From Fimbriiglobus sp. (GTDB lineage: Bacteria > Planctomycetota > Planctomycetia > Gemmatales > Gemmataceae), in NCBI GenBank assembly GCA_043785105.1, contig JAYVXO010000231.1, positions 1-30,388 of the forward strand: a stretch of DNA of 30,388 nt, written 5' to 3'. Below are positions 16,436 to 23,891 of this stretch, one piece after another; within the stretch, counting starts at the first letter, position 1; each line of letters opens with the position of its first letter. A program made the position numbers and the translations under genes. Below the pieces are notes generated by a model that searched no databases, was not told the DNA's origin, and worked only from the letters and a program-made list of their open reading frames with translations.

Positions 16436-17872
16436 TCAAAACAATTCCCGGATCACTTCGCCGCCGTTGGGCAAGAGGTTGTGCTGCCGCCCGCTCGCGT
16501 CGTGGTAGACCGCGTCGAGTGGCACGCCGAAGTATTTGTAGATTGTGGCCGCCAAGTCGCCGGGGTGAACGGGGCGTTCTTGAATCGACCCGCCGTCCTT
16601 GCTCGAACTGCCGATCACCTGCCCGTGCTTCATCCCGCCGCCCGCCATCAGCATCGACATGATGTACGGCCAGTGGTTGCGGCCGTCCGTGCTGTCCTGC
16701 GTGCCCACTTGCGGGGTGCGACCGAACTCACCCATTGCGATCACGAGAACATCGTCCAGCAAGCCGTGGTCCTTCAGGTCATCGACGAGCGTGGTGATGA
16801 GATGATCGAAGAGCGGCAACAGTGGCCCGAGTCCTTTCGTGATGCCGCCGTAGGGCGGGATGTTGTCACCGTGCGTGTCCCAGGTGCCGGACGCGGTGTG
16901 ATAACTCAAGTCCAAGGTCACGAACGCCACGCCAGCTTGCACGAGACGCCGTGCGAGGAGCGTTTGTTGTAGCCACAGGTGCTTGCCGTACTTGTCCCGC
17001 GTTTTGCTCGGCTCCTTCGCCAGATCGAGCGCGTCGCGCACGCGGCTGTTCGTGAGCATGTCAACGGCTTGTTGGCCGTACTTGTCGAACGCCGTCATGT
17101 TGCCACTGGTGTCGATGTCCGCACGCAACTTGTCGAAATCCTTCAATAGCGTTTGCCGATCACCGAGCCGCCCGGAATCAACGCCGACCGGGAGACGAAA
17201 GAGGTCTCCTTTTGAGACGTTCCCGGTGTCCTTGCCGACGAGATCGTAGATCGGCAACTGCGCCGCGGCGTTGACCGGGAAGGGGTCGTACTGCTTGCCG
17301 AGATAGCCCGCAAAGGCGAGGTGCGAACGGCTCCGGAAGAACGCGGCATAGGGTGGCGCTGCCGGGTGGTTGGCACCGTGAAACTTCCCGATCAGCGAGG
17401 CAATCGCGGGGTACTTGACGGCCTCCGGGTTGGTGCGCGGCTCCGCGAGGTTGTTCGCCGTCGTCATGACCGAGTTCGGTTCGTGGTTGCTGTGCCGACA
17501 ATCCACCGCCCGTAGCACGCTAAACCGATCGAACATCCCGGCCAACTTCGGTAGATGTTCGCAGAGCAACACGCCGGGCAGTTTGGTCTTCGTCACCCCG
17601 AACGGGCCACGGTTCTCCGGTGGCCGATCCGGCTTCGGGTCAAACGTGTCAATTTGACTCGGCCCGCCCGTCATCCACAACAGGATCACGCTTTTCTTCG
17701 GCTTGGATGTCCCGGCAATAGCCCGTTGCTGCAACAACGCCGGGACGCTCAACCCTGCCAACCCCGCCAGACTCGCCTTCAACACGTTCCGCCGCGACGG
17801 CAACACCAACCCCTCACGGGTGCGGCCATGAAACGAGCCAAACGCATGCGGGTGTTGGTGCGGAGTCATCAT
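16436..17872 (-). CDS. DUF1501 domain protein (sulfatase-fold, Tat signal)
   Basis: Carries a Tat-type signal (SRRNVLKASLAGLAGLSVPALL) and the blocks SVILLWMTGGPSQIDTFDPKP, WDTHGDN, MGEFGRTP and GRNHWP. The start is set at ATG 17872 (MMTPHQ...). The 42 extra codons in the track translate palindromic element D. Confidence 0.9.
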   Translation of the reverse strand: MMTPHQHPHAFGSFHGRTREGLVLPSRRNVLKASLAGLAGLSVPALLQQRAIAGTSKPKKSVILLWMTGGPSQIDTFDPKPDRPPENRGPFGVTKTKLPGVLLCEHLPKLAGMFDRFSVLRAVDCRHSNHEPNSVMTTANNLAEPRTNPEAVKYPAIASLIGKFHGANHPAAPPYAAFFRSRSHLAFAGYLGKQYDPFPVNAAAQLPIYDLVGKDTGNVSKGDLFRLPVGVDSGRLGDRQTLLKDFDKLRADIDTSGNMTAFDKYGQQAVDMLTNSRVRDALDLAKEPSKTRDKYGKHLWLQQTLLARRLVQAGVAFVTLDLSYHTASGTWDTHGDNIPPYGGITKGLGPLLPLFDHLITTLVDDLKDHGLLDDVLVIAMGEFGRTPQVGTQDSTDGRNHWPYIMSMLMAGGGMKHGQVIGSSSKDGGSIQERPVHPGDLAATIYKYFGVPLDAVYHDASGRQHNLLPNGGEVIRELF

Positions 17873-17889
17873 GTATTTCCATCCAATCA

Positions 17890-17950
17890 AAGCCCACGGA
17901 TCATGATCCGTAGGCGTTCGTGATCCGTGGCGTTCGTGATCCGTGGGCTT
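17890..17950. repeat. asymmetric palindromic/tandem element D
   Basis: aagcccacggatca (17890-17903) is the exact reverse complement of tgatccgtgggctt (17937-17950). A 16-nt perfect palindrome acggatcatgatccgt lies at 17896-17911. The 16-mer gcgttcgtgatccgtg is repeated exactly in tandem at 17914-17929 and 17930-17945. Confidence 0.9.
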
Positions 17951-17955
17951 GACTT

Positions 17956-20460
17956 CTACTGGTTGAACACAAACTCTTTCGTGTTGAGCAGTGCCCACAG
18001 GATGTTCTCGTAGGCTTGCCGCTTGTTCTTGTCGTTTTTCTGGATGTGGTCGAGGGCAGTTTTCAAGTCACTCTCAGTCGGCTTGCGGGCCAGTGCCCAG
18101 AGGAACAGTTCTTCGATTTTCTCCGCGTCGGGGCGTTTGTCGTTGCTGCCCGAGAGCACGTCGGCGCGGCCGTTGCCACGGGTCAGTTTGCCTTGCACTT
18201 CATCGCTGTTGAGGAGATGCAAAGCTTGCGCGAGGTTGGCTTCGTTGACGCGCTCACATTCGCAGGCGCTGATGCGTTGGGGCTTGCCGAAGACTTCGAG
18301 GAAGTAGCTGCTGAACGACTCGTCCGGCAGTTGGATCGCCCGGTTCGGGGCGTTCTTGTCACGTGGCAGGCCGTTGAATTGTTGCGTGCTGTCCGTGACC
18401 TGGTTCAACGCATCCAACAGCACTTCCGCCCCAAGTCGTTTCGGGTAGTACCGGGCGTAGTTTTGCTTGTCGTGCTTGTTGAAGTCGTTGGGCACCGACG
18501 ACAGTTGATACGTGCGGCTTTTCACGATGGTCTTGATGAGCGACTTCAAACTGAACTGGTTGTCGATCAGGTTCTGCGTGAGCGCGTCCAACAGTTCGGG
18601 GTTCGACGGCGGGTTGGTCACGCGCATGTCGTCGGGCGCGTCCACGATGCCGCGTGTGAAGAAGTGTGCCCAATACCGATTCGCAACGGCTTTGGCGAAG
18701 AACGGGTTCTTCGTGTCCACCATCCACTCAATGAGCTTGTTTCGTGGGTCGTCTTCCGCAGCCACCTCCATCGGCGCGCCGTCGAGGGGCTTGATCGCAG
18801 CCGGTTTGTTGGTGCGTTTATTCGACACGGTGCCGGTGGTGCGGGTGAAGATCACTTGCGTCTTAATTTGACCCCGTTGGGCGTCGAAGCCGGGCTTCGT
18901 CAGTTCCTTGCGACCGACCCGCCCGAAGAACGCTGCGAAGCCCCAGTAATCGTCTTGGCTCCATTTTTCGTAGGGGTGGTGGTGGCAGTTCGCGCACGCC
19001 AACCGCTGGCCGAGAAACACTTGGGCAACGTCATCGACGTAGTTCTCGGGCTTTTCCAGTTCCTTGTACCAGACCGTGGCGGGGTTGTTGGTTTCATCAC
19101 CCGTCGCGGTCAGGATGTGCCGGGCGAAGTCGCTGTACGGCATGTCGGCGGCAACCGCTTCCTTGATCCACGCATGAAACGCAAAGGTGCCCGCCGCACG
19201 TTGTTGCTCACCGCGTCGTTTCACTCGCAACACGTCCGCCCACTTGTTCGCAAAGTAATCGCTGTAGTCGCTGGTTTCGAGAAGCTGGTCGATCAGCTTG
19301 TCACGCTTATTTTTCGAGGTGTCCGTTAGGAACGCAAGGACTTGCTTCGGGGTCGGCAGCGTGCCGGTTAGGTCCAACATCACCCGTCGAACAAACACTT
19401 CATCGCCGCACAAGTCTGCTGGCACAAGGCCGAGTTCCTTCCACTTCTTCGTGGTGAACTGATCGACAATCGTTTTCTCCGCGAACTCCCATTTCGGCGT
19501 CGGCGTGCCCAGTGGAACGGTGGTTCGGAACACTGCAACTCGGCCCTGGTAGCGGGCCATGATCGCCGCTTCGCCGCTCTGGTTCAGCGTGGTCACGAGT
19601 GCGTTTCCGTCCACGCTCGCAATCTCGGCGTCGTTGCTCTCGTACTGGGCGCGACGGGTGATGTCTTCGACGGTGCCATCGGTGTAGTGGGCGTAGACCG
19701 CGAATTGTTGCGTGTTGTGCCGCGTCAAAATGCGGTGTTCCGGGTACACGCTAATCTTAGCCACGGTCGGGTCGGACTCAGCGCCATACGGCGCACCGGC
19801 CGCAATCCAGCGGCGGATGATCTTATACTCGTCGCTGCCCGGCTCCATTTTCTTGCCACCGCCGTGCGGTACTGCGCCGATCGCCTTCATCAAAAACAGC
19901 GATTGGTCCGGCGACGCCGGGAACAGTCGCCGACCGCGCGCTTCCTTCACCAGCGTCATGTAATCGAACTCCGGTTCAAAGCCGAGCAGCGAAATCCGAA
20001 ACCCGTTTTGCCCGGACGCTTTGCCATGACACCCGCCGCTGTTGCACCCCAGTTTGGTGAACACCGGCACGACTTGGTTCGGGAAATTGATCGGCAAGTT
20101 CATGTCAATCTGCGAAGCCAACACTGGCACCTGGACGGACAGGGTGCCATAGCTCACGGCGATTTCTGTGCTGCCGTTCACGCCGGGAAGCACCCGACCC
20201 GTCGGCGACACTGTCACGGTTTTGCCGTCCACGACCGCAAACTTCACCGCCTGAGTCAGGTCTTGCAGTCGGCCATCTTTTAGCGTGGCCGTAACCACAA
20301 GTTGCGTGGAATCGTCCCGACTTTTCAGCGACACTGCCGTCGGGTGGACCATGAGTTTCGCAATCTGCTCCGGTTTCGGTAACGCCGTCTCGTTGGCTTT
20401 TGTTGAGTTTGAACCCGCAATCGTGAACGTGATCGCAACCGCGAAGTGTCGCAACAGCAT
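17956..20460 (-). CDS. DUF1549/DUF1553 (PSCyt2/PSD1) protein with N-terminal Ig-like (Big_2) domain
   Basis: Blocks FTKLGCNSGGCHGKASGQNGFRISL, CANCHHHPYEKWSQDDYWGFAAFF, and C-terminal PSD1-like ACECERVNEANLAQALHLLN. It is the usual upstream partner of DUF1501. ATG 20460 (MLLRHFAVAITFTIAG, signal-like) is preferred over the track start 20583. Confidence 0.9.
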   Translation of the reverse strand: MLLRHFAVAITFTIAGSNSTKANETALPKPEQIAKLMVHPTAVSLKSRDDSTQLVVTATLKDGRLQDLTQAVKFAVVDGKTVTVSPTGRVLPGVNGSTEIAVSYGTLSVQVPVLASQIDMNLPINFPNQVVPVFTKLGCNSGGCHGKASGQNGFRISLLGFEPEFDYMTLVKEARGRRLFPASPDQSLFLMKAIGAVPHGGGKKMEPGSDEYKIIRRWIAAGAPYGAESDPTVAKISVYPEHRILTRHNTQQFAVYAHYTDGTVEDITRRAQYESNDAEIASVDGNALVTTLNQSGEAAIMARYQGRVAVFRTTVPLGTPTPKWEFAEKTIVDQFTTKKWKELGLVPADLCGDEVFVRRVMLDLTGTLPTPKQVLAFLTDTSKNKRDKLIDQLLETSDYSDYFANKWADVLRVKRRGEQQRAAGTFAFHAWIKEAVAADMPYSDFARHILTATGDETNNPATVWYKELEKPENYVDDVAQVFLGQRLACANCHHHPYEKWSQDDYWGFAAFFGRVGRKELTKPGFDAQRGQIKTQVIFTRTTGTVSNKRTNKPAAIKPLDGAPMEVAAEDDPRNKLIEWMVDTKNPFFAKAVANRYWAHFFTRGIVDAPDDMRVTNPPSNPELLDALTQNLIDNQFSLKSLIKTIVKSRTYQLSSVPNDFNKHDKQNYARYYPKRLGAEVLLDALNQVTDSTQQFNGLPRDKNAPNRAIQLPDESFSSYFLEVFGKPQRISACECERVNEANLAQALHLLNSDEVQGKLTRGNGRADVLSGSNDKRPDAEKIEELFLWALARKPTESDLKTALDHIQKNDKNKRQAYENILWALLNTKEFVFNQ

Positions 20461-20681
20461 GGGAGAAGCCCTCGATAACGGAAAGGCCATTCGGCGGGAT
20501 GTCGGCAAGTCGCAAACGGAATGTAACCGGCAGGAAAGGTATTGTGCGGCATAACCGGATGAGATGCAAGCGCGAACAATCACAGCTGAGACCCGAATCC
20601 GTTTGCGACCCGGTTTTCCTCGGCCCTTCGATGGCTTCGTTGGTATCCTGTACCTTCATCAATCACACAGGGGTAGCGTTC

Positions 20682-21659
20682 ATGGGTGTGGATGTGGCCG
20701 GGACGGCGGCGAAAATCGTCGCCAACATGGAGAAGGTGATTATCGGCAAGCGTCCGCAACTGGCGCTGGCGTTGGCCGCGTACTTCAGTGAAGGCCACAT
20801 TCTGCTCGAAGATGTTCCGGGTGTGGCCAAGACGATGTTCGCGCGGGCACTGGCCCGCAGCGTGGGTTGCACCTTCAAGCGGCTCCAGTGTACGCCCGAC
20901 TTGTTGCCGACCGACGTGACCGGCGTGTCGATCTTCAACCAGAAGACGACGGAGTTCGAGTTCCGCCCCGGCCCGGTGTTCGCGCAAACTCTGCTGACGG
21001 ACGAAATCAATCGGGCCACGCCGCGAACGCAAGCCGCACTGCTGGAGGCGATGGCCGAGCGCCGCGTGAGTGCGGACGGCCAAACCTATGTTCTGAAGCC
21101 GCCATTCCTAGTGATTGCAACGCAAAACCCGGTTGACCAAGAAGGCACATTTCCCCTGCCGGAAGCGCAACTCGACCGCTTCCTGGTGCGGCTGAGTCTG
21201 GGTTACCCGACGTATGAAGAAGAATCCAAGATGCTGACGCGGTTGCAAAAAGGTCACCCGATCGACGACCTGCAACCCGTCGTGGGCGCGCAAGATGTCA
21301 TCAACTGCCAGGACGCCATCCGCGATATTCACGTCGATGACAAGATTAAGCGCTACCTTCTCGACATCGTTCACGGCAGTCGGGAACACGAAGACGTCAT
21401 GCTCGGCGGCAGTCCCCGCGCTTCGATTGCGTTGTTTCGCTGTGCCCAATCGCTCGCCGCCATTCAGGGCCGTGACTTCGTCATCCCCGACGACGTGAAA
21501 CGCATGGCCCAACCCGTCATGGCCCACCGGCTAATTCTGAAGCCCGAAAGTCGGCTCCGCAAAAAGACCCCGTCGATCGTGGTGAAAGAACTGGTCGGCG
21601 ACGCCAAGGTGCCACTCATCGACCGCGATTATGCCGTGAATAAAGAGTATTTCGGATGA
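20682..21659 (+). CDS. MoxR-family AAA+ ATPase
   Basis: Blocks GHILLEDVPGVAKT (Walker A region), LLTDEINRATPRTQAALLEAMAERRVS (Walker B/sensor), FLVIATQNP and GGSPRASIAL. ATG 20682 gives the typical length of about 325 aa. The 61 upstream codons in the track are Arg/Cys-rich and not protein-like. Confidence 0.93.
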   Translation: MGVDVAGTAAKIVANMEKVIIGKRPQLALALAAYFSEGHILLEDVPGVAKTMFARALARSVGCTFKRLQCTPDLLPTDVTGVSIFNQKTTEFEFRPGPVFAQTLLTDEINRATPRTQAALLEAMAERRVSADGQTYVLKPPFLVIATQNPVDQEGTFPLPEAQLDRFLVRLSLGYPTYEEESKMLTRLQKGHPIDDLQPVVGAQDVINCQDAIRDIHVDDKIKRYLLDIVHGSREHEDVMLGGSPRASIALFRCAQSLAAIQGRDFVIPDDVKRMAQPVMAHRLILKPESRLRKKTPSIVVKELVGDAKVPLIDRDYAVNKEYFG

Positions 21660-21679
21660 CGGGTTGCGGCGAAGCCATG

Positions 21680-21874
21680 AACAGCCGGATCACGAAAACA
21701 CGAAAGTACGAAAGCGCGAAATAAGAGTACGAGGAGTTGCTTAGTCACGGCGGGTTCGTGGTGAGAATGGTTACTTCAAGTCACTGAATTCAAGAACCAC
21801 GAGGAACGAAAATGAAGCTTAAGCTTTCGGATTTTTTCGTGTTTTCGTACTTTCGTGTTTTCGTGATCGGTTTT
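21680..21874. repeat. palindromic hairpin element E (arms of about 37 nt, spacer of about 110 nt)
   Basis: 21685-21721 pairs with 21835-21870, giving 36 pairs if two G-T positions count as wobble, with one bulged G. The units CACGAAA/CACGAAA/TACGAAA/CGCGAAA lie at 21691, 21699, 21707 and 21715. The spacer holds degenerate units and the 12-nt palindrome AAGCTTAAGCTT (21815-21826). Confidence 0.88.
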
Positions 21875-21912
21875 ACATTCGGACGGTGTTGTCGTGATTC
21901 TTCGAGGCACCC

Positions 21913-22284
21913 ATGAGCCACGAGTTTGAGCCGCTGTCGGCCACGATCATTCAAGCCGCCATTGACGTTCACAAGGCACTCGGGCCGGGGTTCCTCGAAG
22001 CGATCTATCACCGGGCGTTGCGTGTGGCCCTCTTGCACCGGGAGGTTCCTCACGAGGTGCAGAAAGAAGTTCGGGTCGCGTTCGAGGGGGTCGATGTCGG
22101 CGTCCATGTCCTCGACCTGTTCGTGGCCGGTCAGATTGTCGTGGAGTTGAAGGCGGTGAAGGCACTGGAAGACATTCACTTTGCTCAGGTGAAGTCGTAC
22201 CTGAAAGCCACAGGGGCGAGAACCGGGTTACTGCTGAACTTCAATGCCCCGACACTCGTGATTAAGCGAGTCATGCTGGGGTAA
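21913..22284 (+). CDS. GxxExxY protein (PD-(D/E)XK nuclease superfamily, PDDEXK_3-like)
   Basis: Contains the signature GPGFLEAIY (G-x-x-E-x-x-Y). The nuclease core D...E.K is in VLDLFVAGQIVVELKAV. It also has AQVKSYLKATGARTGLLLNFN and is 123 aa long. A GAGG RBS lies 6 nt upstream. Confidence 0.9.
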   Translation: MSHEFEPLSATIIQAAIDVHKALGPGFLEAIYHRALRVALLHREVPHEVQKEVRVAFEGVDVGVHVLDLFVAGQIVVELKAVKALEDIHFAQVKSYLKATGARTGLLLNFNAPTLVIKRVMLG

Positions 22285-22356
22285 CAGAGACCGCCTGATT
22301 GCGAATGTATGAATTGGCGAAATAACCATTGGACTAACTTGGTCGTGCCGAAAGAT

Positions 22357-22462
22357 AAAACGGATCACGAAACCACGAAAGTACGAAAACACGAAATAGA
22401 AGCCTAAGATTTTGGATTTTTTTCGTGTTTTCGTACTTTCGTGGTTTCGTGATCCGGCTGTT
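22357..22462. repeat. palindromic hairpin element F (36-bp perfect stem, 24-nt spacer)
   Basis: 22361-22396 (cggatcacgaaaccacgaaagtacgaaaacacgaaa) is the exact reverse complement of 22421-22456. The arms are more than 90% identical to the arms of element E. Confidence 0.92.
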
Positions 22463-22494
22463 GATTTATTTCATCATGTTGCGGAGTACTTCGC

Positions 22495-23886
22495 ATGAAC
22501 AAAGGTTGGCGTTGGTTGCTGGTCATCATCGCCTTACTTGGGCTAGCACTGGCGTTGAAAGCCGGGCTGGTTGCGTTCGCGGGGTACGTGTTGCTGGGGG
22601 TTTACTTGTTGAGCCGATTTCTTGCTAAGAGTTGGGTGCAAAACGTCTCGGCGGAACGGATCGCCAAAAACGAACCGCTCGAAGTCGGCGATTCCCTGGA
22701 TGTCACGTTGAAGTTTCGTAACAGTGGCACGATCCCGATCGGCTGGGTGTTGATCGAAGAACTGTTACCCGAAAAAGCGGTCCGGCAAAAGCCGCCCCGG
22801 ATCACGGTCAAAGGGCGTCGCATCCAGGTGTTGTTTCTGCGCCCGTTGCAAACCAAAACCATTAAACTGAAGCTCACCTTCGAGGGGCGGGGCTACTACC
22901 CGATCGGCCCCATCGTGGCAGAAACCGGCGACGTGTTTGGCCTTCATCGTCGCCACCGATTGTTAGCCGCGCCCATCTACGTCATGGTGTTGCCGAAGAT
23001 TTTGCAACTGCCGAAATACAACTTCGCCTCCGAACGACCCATCGGCGAAATCCGTTTGGCGAATCGCCTCTTCGATGACCCCACTCGAACCGCCGGCGTG
23101 CGGCCGTACCAACTCGGCGACCCGCTACAACGAGTCCACTGGCGCGCGACCGCCCGCACCGGGCAACTGCACTCGCGCATCTACGAACCCACGTCACTTG
23201 CCGGCGCCACGGTCATCGTCGATTTCCACAAGGACGGCTACCCGAAACGCGGCGAACCGTATCGGTCGGACTTGGCCATCACCACAGCGTGTGCGTTGGT
23301 CTACGCGGTGTCGATGTTGAACCAACAAGTGGGGCTGGCGAGCAACGGCCGCGATGCGGCGGAGCGAATCCGTGAGGAGTCGTTGCAAGAGACCGCAGAG
23401 GATGCCGACACCGCAGGCTATGAAACCCGCCACGCGACCCGCGATCGGTTTGAACTGCTGGAAAAAACCAACCGCATTCGACCTCTGATCGTGGATACTC
23501 GTCGCGGGTTCGACCAATTTCAACAAATCCGCGAAGCGCTGGCTCGACTAGAATTGACGGATGCGATGAAGTTCCCGCAACTGATCCTGGAAGTGGGTCC
23601 GCGTCTCCCACGGGATGCGACATTGATTGCCGTGTTGCCAGCCGTGTCAGTCGAAACTGCCATTGCGCTCGGTATGATGCGACGGCAAGGGTTTGCGATT
23701 TCTGCAATACTGGTTGGTATTGCCGACGACGGTAGTGATGATCGCGCCGTTGCAGTCGGGCGGTTAGTGGCCGAAGGCATCCGCGACGTGAGATTAGTGA
23801 ATAGCGAATTGGAATTGCTCGCACTCGGTGACCGGAATGCGGGAACCGGGCCGCCCGATTATGCCTTCAAAACGACATTGGCGTGA
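22495..23886 (+). CDS. DUF58 domain protein (MoxR-associated, VWA-like) with two N-terminal TM helices
   Basis: Contains the DUF58 signature GVRPYQLGDPLQRVHWRATARTGQLHSRIYE. A GGAG RBS lies 8 nt upstream of ATG 22495. Confidence 0.9.
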   Translation: MNKGWRWLLVIIALLGLALALKAGLVAFAGYVLLGVYLLSRFLAKSWVQNVSAERIAKNEPLEVGDSLDVTLKFRNSGTIPIGWVLIEELLPEKAVRQKPPRITVKGRRIQVLFLRPLQTKTIKLKLTFEGRGYYPIGPIVAETGDVFGLHRRHRLLAAPIYVMVLPKILQLPKYNFASERPIGEIRLANRLFDDPTRTAGVRPYQLGDPLQRVHWRATARTGQLHSRIYEPTSLAGATVIVDFHKDGYPKRGEPYRSDLAITTACALVYAVSMLNQQVGLASNGRDAAERIREESLQETAEDADTAGYETRHATRDRFELLEKTNRIRPLIVDTRRGFDQFQQIREALARLELTDAMKFPQLILEVGPRLPRDATLIAVLPAVSVETAIALGMMRRQGFAISAILVGIADDGSDDRAVAVGRLVAEGIRDVRLVNSELELLALGDRNAGTGPPDYAFKTTLA

Positions 23887-23891
23887 GTGCT

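Noticed and set aside
17873-17998. N-terminal extension of the DUF1501 ORF, with similar extensions at 20461..20583, 20499..20681, 9287..9331 and 29780..29812
   Set aside because: The extensions translate repeat elements or Arg/Cys-rich leader DNA. They would also place the Tat or signal peptides far from the N-terminus. Internal ATG codons with better context were chosen instead.
18016-19329. 437-aa + strand ORF, and the shorter + ORFs up to 20283
   Set aside because: They lie antisense to the DUF1549/DUF1553 gene. Their Arg/Val-rich composition is typical of shadow frames.
21685-22456. Possibility that the repeated CACGAAA-type arrays form a CRISPR array
   Set aside because: The units are only 8-10 nt long, are contiguous with no unique spacers, and are arranged as inverted arms. 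No cas genes are present in the window.
21680-22462. Possibility that the GxxExxY unit is an integron cassette with attC sites
   Set aside because: The flanks (AACAGCCGG / CCGGCTGTT) do not fit the attC R''/R' cores (RYYYAAC / GTTRRRY). There is no integrase or attI nearby, and the hairpins lack the characteristic extrahelical-base layout as far as I can see.
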